In this document: positions 25,016 to 36,354 of the stretch, piece by piece | Layout of the letters: each line of letters begins with the position of its first letter | Numbering within the stretch: position 1 is the first letter of the stretch | Position numbers and translations under genes: made by a program | The notes under the pieces: model-generated | Told to the model about the DNA's origin: nothing | What the model saw: the letters and a program-made list of their open reading frames with translations, nothing else | Databases searched by the model: none | Origin: an uncultured Chloroflexia bacterium | GTDB taxonomy: Bacteria; Chloroflexota; Chloroflexia; QHBQ01; JADMIH01 | Assembly (NCBI GenBank): GCA_963797095.1 | Contig: CAWCNY010000002.1 | Coordinates: 1,280,001-1,344,000, forward strand | Reading direction: 5' to 3' | DNA length: 64,000 nucleotides

Positions 25016-25057
25016 TTCCTTCGTGCCCTTCGTTATTCTTCGTATCTTCGTGTACAA
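25016..25057. repeat. Right 42-bp inverted repeat flanking the GxxExxY gene
   Basis: TTCCTTCGTGCCCTTCGTTATTCTTCGTATCTTCGTGTACAA. Confidence 0.9.
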
Positions 25058-25069
25058 GAAACTGAATCT

Positions 25070-26152
25070 ATGACCAATATGAAAAGCTATACAGTGCGCG
25101 ATCGGTTGGAAGGGGAGGAGTATGAGCGACTCTCTCCTTTGTCGGCCAAGGCGGCGGAGGCTACCCGGCCTGTGCCTGAGGAGGAGTCGCCTGTGCGGAC
25201 GGCCTTCCAGCGCGACCGCGACCGGATCATCCACTCTAAGGCGTTCCGGCGACTGAAGCATAAGACGCAGGTCTTTATCGGGCCGATCAACGACCACTAC
25301 CGGACGCGTCTCACCCACACACTTGAGATGTCGCAGATCGCACGCACTCTGGCGCGGGCGCTTCGGCTGAACGAGGATTTGACCGAGGTGGTCGCGCTGG
25401 CCCATGATCTGGGGCACACTCCGTTCGGGCACGCCGGTGAGGACGCGCTCCGGCATATCTACGACCCGGAGTTCAAGCATAACCGCCAGTCGCTCCGCAT
25501 CGTGGACTACCTGGCGAACAGCGGCGAAGGTCTCAATCTCACTAACGACGTGCGCAATGCCCTCGTCGCTTCAACGCCGGTCGAGGAGAGCCTCGCTGCC
25601 GAGGGGAAGGGGTACGACTCCATCGAGTCGAAGATCGTCAAACTTGCCGATACCATCGCCTATATCAACCATGATACAGACGATGCTCTTCGCGCCCGAA
25701 TAATTACCCAGTCGGATATACCGCCAATCGTGAACGAGGTGCTTGGGTTGACCAATGCGCGGCGCATCAACACACTCGTAGTTGACATAATAGAGCAAAA
25801 CTGGCACCTGGCCTACCCAGGGTCGGACCTGGCTTCGCGAGATCGGTGCTCGGTTGAGCTAACTATCAGTCCTCACATCCAGGAAGCCGCCGATATCCTG
25901 AAGCAGTTTCTTTATCATAGGGTGTACACCGGGTCGGAGGCGAAGGCAGAGGTGCACAAAGTGGACCACCTCATTCAAACTCTTTTCGATTACTTCTGCG
26001 CCCATATAGGCGAGCTACCACCGGAGATGCGCGACAACCCGCGCGGCGAGCCTAGGGAGCGGCTGGTGGTGGACTACATTTCAGGGATGACCGACCGCTT
26101 CGCGATTGCTACTTTCGAGCGGCTTTTTGTGCCACGATCCTGGGATAGTTAG
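25070..26152 (+). CDS. dgt: dGTP triphosphohydrolase-like HD protein
   Basis: FQRDRDRIIHSKAFRRLKHKTQVF, RTRLTH, HDLGHTPFGHAGE, DYISGMTD. Confidence 0.92.
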   Translation: MTNMKSYTVRDRLEGEEYERLSPLSAKAAEATRPVPEEESPVRTAFQRDRDRIIHSKAFRRLKHKTQVFIGPINDHYRTRLTHTLEMSQIARTLARALRLNEDLTEVVALAHDLGHTPFGHAGEDALRHIYDPEFKHNRQSLRIVDYLANSGEGLNLTNDVRNALVASTPVEESLAAEGKGYDSIESKIVKLADTIAYINHDTDDALRARIITQSDIPPIVNEVLGLTNARRINTLVVDIIEQNWHLAYPGSDLASRDRCSVELTISPHIQEAADILKQFLYHRVYTGSEAKAEVHKVDHLIQTLFDYFCAHIGELPPEMRDNPRGEPRERLVVDYISGMTDRFAIATFERLFVPRSWDS

Positions 26153-26192
26153 CCGGTAGTCGGTCACGCGTCCTCCGACTACCGGCTACAGT

Positions 26193-27649
26193 TTAGGCCA
26201 TTTCTTCTGCCGGGCCGCTTGTCAGGCCCGTTTTCTTTTGCCTGCGCTTCTTGATCTGCTCGGAGAGCCAGGGGAAGGAGAGGCCCAGGCTCGCCAGGGT
26301 GTTTAGCGGCGCGAAGATATCTATGTTGCCCAGATTGAAGCCGCCGCTCTCCTGGGCCTGACCATCTACGGTCACCTGAACCAGTCCGGACCAGATCTGT
26401 CCTTCTATGGATTGGTCGCTCCATGTGGGCTTGCCTTGAGCGACCAGGCTGACCAGCAGAGTCTGTGGGCCTTGCGTCTTAGGGCTTGCTATCCAGGTCC
26501 ATTCCAGGCGTTGCTCACTCATCCACTGAGATTGCTGTGGTTCAGCGGGCGAGATGTTGAACTCAGGGCCGTCCACGCTGGCGCTCAGGGTAGTGACACC
26601 GTAGTCAGCCAGGGCCTCTTTTATGGAGGTGGCCTGGGTGTCGGCAGGCTCAACCAAAACGGTGATCGGAAGCGAGACATTGGCGTTCATATTGGTGGGG
26701 GCTTGTGTGCTCACCCTTACTTTGGGCGGGCTTGCCTGTAGTAGTTGCTCTACTTTGACGACGCTTGCGAATCCAGGTGGCGAGAAGATGGCTGTGCCAC
26801 CCCTTTCGGCGCGTCCTGGAGGTGTTTGTGCTGCCTCAGGAGTTGAGGTTGGATGGGGGTATGTATATGGTGGGGTGGGCAGGATGTATCCCCCAGGTTT
26901 GACAGTAGTAGTGCTTGTTGAAGTGGTAGTTGGCGTGTCCGTGGGGGTTGGGGTGAAGGATGATGCAGGCGTGCCGGTTGGTGAATGGGTGGGGGCGCTG
27001 GTCGCGACGGTTGGAGTGAGCGTCATTGTATAGGTAGCTGTGGGCGGGTTAATGCGGGTAGGAGTGGGCGTGTGGGTGTTGGTGGCTGTGGGGATTGTCT
27101 CAACGGTGACAGCCGCAAGGGGTGTCAGGGTGGCTGTTGGAGGCGCTATAGTAGGTGTCAAGGTTGGCGTGCCGGTTGGCGGTGGAGGAGGTACGGTTGG
27201 CGTGGGGGGAGTTACGACCGCTGTATCAGTTGGTGGGATCGCCTCTGTCTCTGTAGCCGTGGGACCGGTGGGTACCAGGGCGGTGTCTGTAGGTTGTAGG
27301 GACGTTGGCTGCTCAGGTGCGCTTGTTGGCGTTGCCAGCGGCTGGGTGGATGGCTCAGCCGTAGGGACGGCAGTGCTTGTGATTGCCTCAAGGGTCAATG
27401 CGGCGGTCGCAGATGGGATTGGCGTGGTGGTTAGGCCTGGGTGGTGGGCGTGGGCTGCTGGAAGGCAAGTGGCACCAGGGGGACAGGCTCTGATACGAGC
27501 ATTGTGCGACTCTGGCAAACGCACGCGCCGTTTTGCGTTTGAGTCGTAGGTCGAAGCGCGGCCTCGCCAACGCCGAGCACGATCAAGAACAGGCCAACAA
27601 GGGCCAACAGGCGGTTTGGTATTGCCCCGAGTCCCCTCCTTGTGCTCAA
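26193..27649 (-). pseudogene. Secreted Thr/Pro-rich membrane-anchored protein, frameshifted near 27438
   Basis: The signal-peptide ORF 27431-27649 ends QQPTPTTQA*; the PT-rich body and C-terminal TM continue in another frame; one missing C in ACC(C)CA would join them. Confidence 0.65.
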
Positions 27650-27890
27650 CTGAGTGCAAAATCGAGCGACTGGCGTAAGCTAGACCTCTAACTCGCGGAA
27701 ACCGGCTTATATCCGCTCATAACCAACCGAGCCTGTAAGAAAGGCTATTGCGCAAAGGTAATATTACCACGGTACAGGGGGCTTGCCTACCGGCAATTTA
27801 CGGCATAGCTGGTTTTACGGATTTTGGTTCTTGAATTGGCGAAAAGTAGCCAATCTTTCCTATTGATTTTCAGTATAGAAGATGCTAACA

Positions 27891-27918
27891 TACATATGTA
27901 CTTATAAATACATATGTA
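27891..27918. promoter_or_regulatory. Tandem palindromic operator candidate (2 x TACATATGTA)
   Basis: Identical 10-bp palindromes at 27891-27900 and 27909-27918, just upstream of the RBS. Confidence 0.6.
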
Positions 27919-27935
27919 TTGTAATGGAGAAGACA

Positions 27936-28619
27936 ATGGCTCACCCCGCGACCTTTCAAATGCCCACTACCGATGCCCTTACCGGCCTGCTGACATCGCC
28001 ATATTACCGGCACCTTTTGCGCGATGAATTGCTGCCGCAGGCAGAGCAATCAGGAGATCCGCTTACTCTTGTGCTGGTGGATGTGGACGGGTTTGAAGCT
28101 GTGAACAAGGCGCATGGGCGCAAGTGCGGCGATGACGTGCTTGTCACGGTGGCTCGTCTGTTGCAGGAGACTTTGCCGGAAAGCGCTCTTATCAGCAGGT
28201 ACAGCGGCGATGAATTCGCGGCTGCTCTGCCGGACACGCCACTGGATGATTGCTTTACGCTGCTTGAGGAGTTCCGGCGGAGAGTGGCTGCCTACCAGTG
28301 GGCAGATTGGCCTGGCTTGTCTGTCACTTGCTCGGTTGGGCTAGCAGCATACCCGGCGCACGGCCACGACGAGTCGGAGCTTGCCCGGCAGGGCGACGAT
28401 GCGCTGTACAATGCCAAGCTGACGGGGCGCAATAAGGTGTCGCTGCCGCTGGCAGACAGCCGTATGGTCACCAAGACCAGCCATTATACCGACGCCCAGT
28501 TGAAGCGCCTATCGCAACTGGCAAAGACTCTCAACCGCAAGGACGCGTCTTTGTTGCGTGAGGCGTTGGACGATCTACTCAAGAAGTACAACGACCGGTT
28601 GAATAGCCTGGCCGGATAG
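27936..28619 (+). CDS. GGDEF (SGDEF) domain protein with C-terminal ribbon-helix-helix domain
   Basis: DALTGL, DVDGF..VN..G..GD, RYSGDEF, ALYNAK..GRN; tail TKTSHYT..QL.RL..LAK..ASLLREALDDLLKKY. Confidence 0.85.
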   Translation: MAHPATFQMPTTDALTGLLTSPYYRHLLRDELLPQAEQSGDPLTLVLVDVDGFEAVNKAHGRKCGDDVLVTVARLLQETLPESALISRYSGDEFAAALPDTPLDDCFTLLEEFRRRVAAYQWADWPGLSVTCSVGLAAYPAHGHDESELARQGDDALYNAKLTGRNKVSLPLADSRMVTKTSHYTDAQLKRLSQLAKTLNRKDASLLREALDDLLKKYNDRLNSLAG

Positions 28620-28703
28620 TAGATAGAAACGGATAAGAGTGCTGTGGGGCGGCTGCGGGACCTGCTTGACGTACCTTATCTTGCACGAATTGTCCCTTCC
28701 AGT

Positions 28704-28797
28704 TCATCCACACGGTGGATAACATCCCCGATTTCTGAGCAAAAACCTCTTGCAATTGGGTTATATTAAGGCATTATCCAACGTGGAATTATCCACA
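28704..28797. promoter_or_regulatory. DnaA-box cluster upstream of dnaG
   Basis: TTATCCACA (28789-28797), TCATCCACA (28704-28712), inverted TTATCCACC (28714-28722), TTATCCAAC (28774-28782). Confidence 0.6.
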
Positions 28798-28886
28798 ATC
28801 ACGCGCATATACTCGCGCTCCCGGCCTACATTTTAGCTTAGCCTCCGCGATTCCCGCACTTCTGTAGCGACTACTCGCAACCCGCA

Positions 28887-30824
28887 ATGCAAGACGACGT
28901 TATCTTCGAGATCAAACAACGCCTCGATGTGGAGACGGTGGTGGGCGAGACCGTTCGCCTGAGCCGTACCGGGCGCAACCTCAAAGGGCTTTGTCCTTTC
29001 CACAGCGAGAAGACCCCTTCGTTCGTCGTGTATCCGAAGGATGGCTCTTACCATTGCTTCGGTTGCGGCCAGGGCGGTGATATCTTCACATTCATGATGA
29101 AGACGCAAGGGCTGGATTTCAGGGGAGCGCTGGAGAAGTTGGCTGGGCGGGCGGGCGTCGAGCTAAAACCTCGCAACGAAAGTGCGGCGGCCGAGGATCG
29201 CGCACGCGAGCGCTTGAAAGAACTCTGCGCTGCTGCCGCCACGTTTTACGCTAACCTCTTGCGCACCAACCCTGGAGCCGCTGCTGCCCGTGCCTACGCC
29301 GAAAAGCGCGGCATTACGCCTGCCACTATCGAGACCTTCGAGATAGGCTATGCGCCGGACTCTTTCGACATACTGGGCAATTATCTACTTGGCCGTGGCT
29401 ATTCCTCGCAGGAGTTGATCGATGCGGGCGTGGTGGCCGAGCGCGAATCTGGTGGACACTATGACCGCTTCCGCAACCGTTTGCTTTTCCCGATCCGGGA
29501 TGCTAAGGGAGCGGTGGTCGGCTTCGGTGGGCGGTCGCTTGGCGACTCTACCCCCAAGTACCTCAACTCGCCGCAGTCGGCGGTGTTCGACAAGAGCAGC
29601 ATCCTGTACGGGTTCGACCTCGCTCGCCCACACATCCAGCGTTCGGGGCAGGTGGTGATCGTCGAAGGGTACATGGACGTGGTGATCGCCCACCAGGCGG
29701 GCCAGCACAACGTGATCGGCACAATCGGCACGGCACTTACGGATCGCCATGCGGACCTGCTCAAGCGCATCGCAAAGCGTGTGATCCTGTGTCTCGACCC
29801 GGATACCGCCGGGGACATGGCTGCCCTCAAGGGTTCAGAGGTGCTGCAGGAGCACGCCGAGCGGATCGCCATCCCGATTCGTGGTGAGCGCGGTCTCATG
29901 GGTGTGGAGCGCCGGTCCGATCTCGAAATCCGGATCATGCAGCTACCTCGCGGCGTCGATCCGGATGAGCTATTGTTATCCGAGGGCGGGCCTGCTCAAT
30001 GGGACAACCTGCGAGAGTCTGCGCTGCCATTGGTAGACCATGTGCTGGGAGTAGCTACCTCGCGCTACGACACCAATACGGCGCACGGCAAGTCGGATGC
30101 GGTGGGTGAGCTTGCCCTCTTTATTCGCGAGATAGGCGACCCTATCCAGCGCGCCCACTACATACAGCGCGTGGCCTCGGCCCTTCGAGTTCCGGAGGAC
30201 GCGGTGGAGGAAGCGGTAGGCAAGCGGCAGCGGCAGGCGGGCAGGAGGCCTGGGACGTATGATCGCAGACCGCCCACGCCAACCGGGCCTGATGCACAAC
30301 CCGAAAGCGAAGCGCAAGGAGTACGCTCAACTTCCAGGATCGACGCGACCCCTGAGGAACACCTTCTGAGCCTGGTGCTTCGCTACCCACAGACAACATG
30401 GATGGCGGGCGTGCCTGTGCCGGAGGATTTTACCCGCCTGGAAAACCGCCTTATCTACGAGGCTATGGTGAGCGTGGCGTCTTCTGTCGATAAAGTATCC
30501 CCCAACGCCGAAGTGATTCGTGCCTCGGCACTTGATCAACTCGACCCCGCTCTCCAGCCTCACTTCGAGCGCATACTTACCCGCGAGGAGCCGGAGCTAT
30601 ATCGCTTCGCGCTCCCCTATGAATTGGAGAACCGCCTGAAGCGCCTGCGGCGCTACAACGACCTGATGTGGAACCAGCAGTGCGGGTTGATGATCCGCGA
30701 AGCTGAAATGGCGGGCGATAACGAGACTATTGCCAAGCTGCTGCCCCTCTGGTCGCGCTCGCTCGCACGCTACCAGCACTATTACCCGAAGCAAAGCACC
30801 GTGTACCGCGACACCCGTGACTGA
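28887..30824 (+). CDS. dnaG: DNA primase
   Basis: CPFH..TPSF..CFGC Zn finger, DRFRNR, PKYLNSP, VEGYMD, DPD TOPRIM. Confidence 0.97.
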   Translation: MQDDVIFEIKQRLDVETVVGETVRLSRTGRNLKGLCPFHSEKTPSFVVYPKDGSYHCFGCGQGGDIFTFMMKTQGLDFRGALEKLAGRAGVELKPRNESAAAEDRARERLKELCAAAATFYANLLRTNPGAAAARAYAEKRGITPATIETFEIGYAPDSFDILGNYLLGRGYSSQELIDAGVVAERESGGHYDRFRNRLLFPIRDAKGAVVGFGGRSLGDSTPKYLNSPQSAVFDKSSILYGFDLARPHIQRSGQVVIVEGYMDVVIAHQAGQHNVIGTIGTALTDRHADLLKRIAKRVILCLDPDTAGDMAALKGSEVLQEHAERIAIPIRGERGLMGVERRSDLEIRIMQLPRGVDPDELLLSEGGPAQWDNLRESALPLVDHVLGVATSRYDTNTAHGKSDAVGELALFIREIGDPIQRAHYIQRVASALRVPEDAVEEAVGKRQRQAGRRPGTYDRRPPTPTGPDAQPESEAQGVRSTSRIDATPEEHLLSLVLRYPQTTWMAGVPVPEDFTRLENRLIYEAMVSVASSVDKVSPNAEVIRASALDQLDPALQPHFERILTREEPELYRFALPYELENRLKRLRRYNDLMWNQQCGLMIREAEMAGDNETIAKLLPLWSRSLARYQHYYPKQSTVYRDTRD

Positions 30825-30949
30825 CCTGGATGCGGGGGAGACGGTGCGGTGACGAATTATCCTCAAACTCGGCAAGCTCACCCTCGTGAGCCACAAGCAT
30901 TTAGTTAGAGACGGACTAGAGTTTTTAGTAGAGATAGAGAGGGAAAGAG

Positions 30950-32509
30950 ATGGCGACAGCGGAATCAATTCACGGTATGGATATGCCGGAACCCACAAAC
31001 TCCGGCGCGACCAGGCAACCCAGGCTTAATAATATCACCCTGTTCCCGGTTGATGACCTGCTTCGTATGGGGCGGGTCCATGATCATGACTCGCACGATG
31101 ATCGCGGGCTGGACGCTGATCCGCATGATCCTATGCTGCATTTCGGCCTCGGCCTGGACGATGCCATGGGTCTGGGTATGCCCGACCTTACAGATGATGG
31201 AGCTGGCCTCCGTGAAGAGGACGACGTTCATATTGACGCCGTGCTCGACATGGAGGGGGTGAGTATTGACGACCCTGTGAGGATGTATCTGCGGGAGATA
31301 GGGCGCGTTTCGCTCCTCACAGCCGACCACGAAGTCTCGCTCGCCAAGCGTATAGAGCGCGGGGAGGCCCTGGGCAATTTCCTGAGGGATCTTGAGGACC
31401 AGTACGGGTTCACGCCACCGCCTGAGATCATTTGCCTGGAAGTGTATGAATGGCTGGTTACCCACTGGCGTATGCTGGAGGAGGTATACAAGGTCCAGTA
31501 CTCCGATGCTACCCCCGGCTCGCGCCGCACTCTGCTCTTATCGCTTTCGCCTGCCGATACTATTGACCAGGGCCTGCTGCGCAAACTGGCCGTTATGGAG
31601 GGGTGTAGTCCTGAGCGAGCCGCCGAAGTGGTGCACGATACATTACTTACTTCGCTTATGCTCCCTGAGCCTTTGCAGCTTGCATTTGACGAGGGGAACT
31701 GGCCCGATAATGAAGGTCTTGCCGATATTCTTCTCAGTATTGAAGAGCAACTGCAAAATCATTGGCGAGAGATATTAGAGGATGGCTGCAAGGCTCGCAA
31801 GCACCTGGTGGAGGCCAACCTGCGGCTTGTGGTGTCGGTCGCCAAGAAGTACACAGGGCGTGGTATGAGCCTGCTCGACCTGATCCAGGAGGGGAACCTG
31901 GGGCTGATGAAGGCGGTGGAAAAATTCCGCTATAGTAAAGGTTATAAGTTTTCGACTTATGCAACATGGTGGATACGGCAGGCCATCACGCGAGCTATCG
32001 CCGACCAGGGCCGCACTATCCGCATCCCTGTACACATGCACGAAACGATCAACCGGGTGCTGAAGACCTCACGGCGTCTCATGCAAGAGATCAGCCGCGA
32101 TCCGACCGCTGAAGAGTTGGGGTTGGCGGTTGGCATGCCCCCGGATAGGGTACGCGAGATCCTCAAGATACACCAGGACCCTATCTCTCTTGAGACGCCC
32201 ATCGGTGAGGAAGAGGACAGCCACCTGGGCGACTTTATCGAGGATCAAAAGGCGGTTGCGCCATCAGATGCGGCATCTCAGCATTTACTGCGCGAGCAAC
32301 TGAACAGCGTGTTGAATACCCTCAGCAAGCGCGAGCGACGGGTGTTGCAATTGCGCTATGGCCTGGAAGATGGCAGGCCGCGCACCCTTGAAGAGGTGGG
32401 GCGCGAGTTCAATGTCACCCGCGAGCGCATACGCCAGATCGAGACCAAGGCCCTACGGAAACTTCGGCACCCCTCGCGGGCAAAGAAGTTGAAGGATTAT
32501 GTGGATTAG
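30950..32509 (+). CDS. rpoD: Primary sigma factor RpoD/SigA
   Basis: [52 protein letters not shown]; follows dnaG. Confidence 0.95.
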   Translation: MATAESIHGMDMPEPTNSGATRQPRLNNITLFPVDDLLRMGRVHDHDSHDDRGLDADPHDPMLHFGLGLDDAMGLGMPDLTDDGAGLREEDDVHIDAVLDMEGVSIDDPVRMYLREIGRVSLLTADHEVSLAKRIERGEALGNFLRDLEDQYGFTPPPEIICLEVYEWLVTHWRMLEEVYKVQYSDATPGSRRTLLLSLSPADTIDQGLLRKLAVMEGCSPERAAEVVHDTLLTSLMLPEPLQLAFDEGNWPDNEGLADILLSIEEQLQNHWREILEDGCKARKHLVEANLRLVVSVAKKYTGRGMSLLDLIQEGNLGLMKAVEKFRYSKGYKFSTYATWWIRQAITRAIADQGRTIRIPVHMHETINRVLKTSRRLMQEISRDPTAEELGLAVGMPPDRVREILKIHQDPISLETPIGEEEDSHLGDFIEDQKAVAPSDAASQHLLREQLNSVLNTLSKRERRVLQLRYGLEDGRPRTLEEVGREFNVTRERIRQIETKALRKLRHPSRAKKLKDYVD

Positions 32510-33075
32510 GGATTGTGTGCCTCCAACGGCACCATTTCGCCTGCCTCTACTGCGATTGCCAATTTATTCTGGGGTGGCGGATATGGGCAGTTGTACCTGG
32601 GGCTGAACGCGCACAGCGGGTTGTATGCTCTGTTGAAATCGAGGATATAATTATCGCCATCGTGCCTCTCTATATCGAGGTAACGGCCCGCACCGTAGGT
32701 TTCTTTACCGGTGGTGGCGTCCTTGAAGGGCACGAATAGCTCGTCGAAGCCGGGCGGCTCCGGGACCATCCTGTATGCCGTGAGCCTGCCCTCTTGCCCA
32801 TCTACCTCGAATATGAGGGTGCCATATACGTGGAAATCGCGCAGATCGCCGATAGAGGTTTGTAATTGGACGTGCGCCCCTGTGCCGGGCGCGTCTCTAT
32901 CGAGGCGGGCTGGGATGCGCCATTTCTCGTTGATCGGAAACCACCTGGGTCCCTCGAAGCCTTCATGTACGGCTAAGCCTCGCCAGTTGAACTGGTTGAG
33001 GAAATAGTCGGTGGCTTCCTCGCGGGATTCTTCAAGCTCGATTTGCCATGCCACTTGATTGAAGGGATCGTCCAT
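32506..33075 (-). CDS. DUF1684 family protein
   Basis: [39 protein letters not shown]. Confidence 0.88.
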   Translation of the reverse strand: MDDPFNQVAWQIELEESREEATDYFLNQFNWRGLAVHEGFEGPRWFPINEKWRIPARLDRDAPGTGAHVQLQTSIGDLRDFHVYGTLIFEVDGQEGRLTAYRMVPEPPGFDELFVPFKDATTGKETYGAGRYLDIERHDGDNYILDFNRAYNPLCAFSPRYNCPYPPPQNKLAIAVEAGEMVPLEAHNP

Positions 33076-33164
33076 GATTAGGGGTGTCCTTTTGGTGAAC
33101 CACAAAAGCACAAAGGATGCACGAAGACGTGTTTATGAGTTGTGTGCATTCTTTGATTTGAATA

Positions 33165-34001
33165 TCATGTAGTGAGTGAAGATGCGATTAATTGGAGGGC
33201 GGCACCAGCTGGGGCTTCTAGTTTCATTGAAGCCTCGGCGTCGGCGCGGGTCTGTCCCATGTTCAGGATGAAAAGAGGCTTGCCCTCCTGGCGGGCCGTG
33301 CGTGCAAGCCTGTAACCTGACCAGACGGTGAGCGACGATCCCACCACGAGCAGCGCATCGCTCTCTGCCACGGCCTGTATTGCTTTCTCTGTCTTCTCGG
33401 CGGGAACAGGTTCGCCAAAGAAAACTACGGCGGGCTTGAGCCAGCCGCCACAGTGGGGGCAGGTCGGCACGATCACGCCTTCGCCTTCTCCTACCTCGTC
33501 GGCGGGGAGGCGCAGGTGGCGGTTATCCCACTCGAGACGTTTTTGTGTTTCCGGGCGCGGCTCTCTGAAATCGCATGATATGCACTGGACGGTGCTGTTC
33601 TCTCCATGAAGCTCCACCACGCGCCGGCTGCCTGCCTTTGTGTGCAGGCGGTCTACATTTTGCGTAACGAGGTAATGGAGATGCCCTGTGTGCTCCATAG
33701 AGGCTAAGGCAAGATGACCCTTATTGGGCTGAGCGTCCCGGAAGCGCGAGTAGCCGTTAAGGCTGCGTGCCCAGTAGCGTCTCCGCACCGCCGCACTCCG
33801 TACATAATCGGCGAAGTAGATCGGTGTGTGTTTGGCCCACATGCCCTGCGGGCTGCGATAGTCGGGTATGCCGGACTCTGTGCTGATTCCTGCCCCTGTA
33901 AGGGCCACCAGGCGGCGAGTGCGCGCCAGGGCTTCGGCTAGCGGCGCGACCAGGTTTGCTAGCTCCTCATCACCGGCAAGTGTCGGGGCTTCCTCTATCA
34001 C
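33165..34001 (-). CDS. cobB: NAD-dependent deacylase (sirtuin)
   Basis: GAGISTESGIPDYR, TQNVD.LH, ELHG, CxxC..CxxC, KP.VVFFGE, GSSL.V. Confidence 0.9.
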   Translation of the reverse strand: MIEEAPTLAGDEELANLVAPLAEALARTRRLVALTGAGISTESGIPDYRSPQGMWAKHTPIYFADYVRSAAVRRRYWARSLNGYSRFRDAQPNKGHLALASMEHTGHLHYLVTQNVDRLHTKAGSRRVVELHGENSTVQCISCDFREPRPETQKRLEWDNRHLRLPADEVGEGEGVIVPTCPHCGGWLKPAVVFFGEPVPAEKTEKAIQAVAESDALLVVGSSLTVWSGYRLARTARQEGKPLFILNMGQTRADAEASMKLEAPAGAALQLIASSLTT

Positions 34002-34032
34002 ATCTACATTATACCAGAGGTGTCAGGCAGAT

Positions 34033-34070
34033 AAGAGAAGGGGACTTGCCAAGGCAAGTCCCCTTCTCTT
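34033..34070. terminator. Intrinsic terminator hairpin
   Basis: AAGAGAAGGGGACTTGCC AA GGCAAGTCCCCTTCTCTT, just downstream of the 34105 stop. Confidence 0.75.
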
Positions 34071-34104
34071 CCAAAACCCGCGCACGAGTTACAGGCTTTG
34101 GGGG

Positions 34105-36354
34105 TCAATCGTCAATGGTCATGTTCTTTCGCCTTACGACGGCTATGCCCATTCCGAACAGTACCGTTGCCAGGCCCAGGGTTGCTATTGCCATCAAGAA
34201 CTGGGCTACAGCTTCGCCTGTCAGTGGGAGGCCACCGCCACCCGTGCATGGCATGCCGACTGCTCCACCTGTTCCACCTGTTCCACCTGTTCCACCTGTC
34301 CCTCCTGTGCCTGTTCCTCCGGTCTGACCACCACAGCCGGTTTCCGGTGATGCTTCAGCTACGAGGGTATACGTAGGTGTTGGAAGCACCGGTGTGCTGG
34401 TTGGAACTTCGGTAGATGTAGGCGGCGGTGTAGTAGTTGGCGGTATTGGTGAAGGTGTGTCGGTCGGGATCACAGGTGTGCTCGTGCTGGTAGGTGTCTC
34501 GATCACTGGCGTAGGTGTATCGCTTGCTACTTCGGTAGGCGTGTCAGTAGGCGTGTCAGTAGGCGTATTAGTTGGAGTATTGGTGGGCGTCTCGATCACT
34601 GGCGTAGATGTGTCAGTAGGCGTGTCGGTAGGCGTATTAGTTGGAGTATTGGTAGGTGTCTCGACTATGGGAGTGCGTGTGTTAGTTGGAGTATCCGTTG
34701 GAGTGTTGGTAGGTGTGTCGGTAGGCGTATTGGTTGGTGTGTCGGTAGGCGTATTAGTCGGAGTGTCAGTTGGGGTATTGGTATGCGTGCTAGTTGGAGT
34801 ATCCGTTGGAGTACTGGTCGGAGTATCCGTTGGAGTACTGGTCGGAGTGTCAGTAGGTGTATCAGTTGGGGTATTGGTGGGTGTTTCCGTAGAAGTAGGC
34901 GTGTTTGTGCTGGTTGCTGTATTGGTCGGAGTGCTAGTTGGGGTGTCTGTAGGCGTATCTGTAGGCGTGGCCGTATTCGTCGGTGTCTTGGTTGCCTTGG
35001 TGGGTGTATTAGTTGGCGTCTTTGTAGAAACGTGAGGGGTGCTCGTTGGCGTCTTGGTCGCCTTGGTAGGCGTGTTGGTTGGAGTTTTCGTACTGGTGGC
35101 GGTGTTGGTTGGTGTATTAGTAGATGTGGCGGTATTGGTTGGCGTGTCGGTGCTGGTAGGCGTATTCGTAGCCGTCGCTGTGTTGGTCGGAGTATCCGTG
35201 GAGGTAGCTGTGCTAGTGGACGTGTCTGTAGGCGTCGATGTGTTGGTGCTTGTCCTGGTAGGAGTACTTGTCCTGGTAGGGGTGCTGGTCTTATGAGGCA
35301 TCGTCGCCGTTCTTGTAGGGGTCTTGGAAGGTATGGTCTTGGTGGGCGTCTTTGTCTTGGTGGATACGCGGGTAGGCGTATCGGTAGGCGTGTTCGTATT
35401 TACCAGAGGTGTGTTTGTAGTGGTGGGTGTATTCGTCGGGACGGTGGGAGTAGAAGTCGCGCAATAAGAACCACCATGACTGTCGTCCTTGAGCCGCGCA
35501 CCGTACCGCACGCCGCCGTGGAAGTCGTGGATGACTTCACCGCAGAACGCATCTGCCTGCCACCGGCATGAAGGCAACTCCGCCGACAATGTCACTGTCT
35601 CACCAGGAGCTATATTGTACTGCTGGAAATCGTGCAGTATTTGGTCTTCGATATCGCCTGTTATGTCTTCATAGCTTGCGATGCCGATCAAGAAGCTGCA
35701 TGTAGTAGAGTTGTTGTGGAACGTAGCCTGGATCGAGTTGCCGACGACATGCAGGCCCTGGGTCAGCACAACGTCGTGGATACAGTCGCAGGGGACTGCC
35801 GTGGCGGTCGAGGTAGGCGTGTTGGGTACGGGAGTTCTGGTCTCGGTGAAGGTAGGGGGTACACGCGTGTTTGTAGGATGGACCGGCGTGGCGGTAGGAT
35901 TGTGTGTATCAGGATCGCGCGGCTGCCCCTCAGGAGGTGTAACCGGTTGGGGGCCGGGGTTGCTATCCGGGGGCGTGCCCGGTTGCGTATCCGGCGGTGT
36001 GACAGGTTGAGTGTCCTGGGGTGGGGTGCCAGGTTGGGCACCCACGCCGGGCTGTCCATCCGATTGCCCGCTTGTCTGTCTTCCGCTTCCTGCACCAGAC
36101 TGCCGATCATTCTGCCCATCATTCTGCCCGCTTGTTTGTGTGTCGGTTTGCCCGCCGGTCCGGGGAACGTCCGCACTCCGTTCTCCTCGACCCTGCGCGT
36201 AGGTCGCAGGCTGCCCAGGTGTCAGCTGCACCTGCACACTGCCGATTATGCCTGTAACCGCCAGCAATGCTAGCAGGGTCACAAAGGCGATCAACCAGTT
36301 GCGGTACTTGCCTGTGAAGAGCCTGATTAGAATCTGCTTGATCTCGTGCTTCAT
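34105..36354 (-). CDS. Thr/Pro-rich surface protein with LPLTG sortase-type anchor
   Basis: N-terminal signal/TM, Cys-containing globular domain, TPT(D/N) repeats, LPLTG + TM + RRK. Confidence 0.85.
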   Translation of the reverse strand: MKHEIKQILIRLFTGKYRNWLIAFVTLLALLAVTGIIGSVQVQLTPGQPATYAQGRGERSADVPRTGGQTDTQTSGQNDGQNDRQSGAGSGRQTSGQSDGQPGVGAQPGTPPQDTQPVTPPDTQPGTPPDSNPGPQPVTPPEGQPRDPDTHNPTATPVHPTNTRVPPTFTETRTPVPNTPTSTATAVPCDCIHDVVLTQGLHVVGNSIQATFHNNSTTCSFLIGIASYEDITGDIEDQILHDFQQYNIAPGETVTLSAELPSCRWQADAFCGEVIHDFHGGVRYGARLKDDSHGGSYCATSTPTVPTNTPTTTNTPLVNTNTPTDTPTRVSTKTKTPTKTIPSKTPTRTATMPHKTSTPTRTSTPTRTSTNTSTPTDTSTSTATSTDTPTNTATATNTPTSTDTPTNTATSTNTPTNTATSTKTPTNTPTKATKTPTSTPHVSTKTPTNTPTKATKTPTNTATPTDTPTDTPTSTPTNTATSTNTPTSTETPTNTPTDTPTDTPTSTPTDTPTSTPTDTPTSTHTNTPTDTPTNTPTDTPTNTPTDTPTNTPTDTPTNTRTPIVETPTNTPTNTPTDTPTDTSTPVIETPTNTPTNTPTDTPTDTPTEVASDTPTPVIETPTSTSTPVIPTDTPSPIPPTTTPPPTSTEVPTSTPVLPTPTYTLVAEASPETGCGGQTGGTGTGGTGGTGGTGGTGGAVGMPCTGGGGLPLTGEAVAQFLMAIATLGLATVLFGMGIAVVRRKNMTIDD

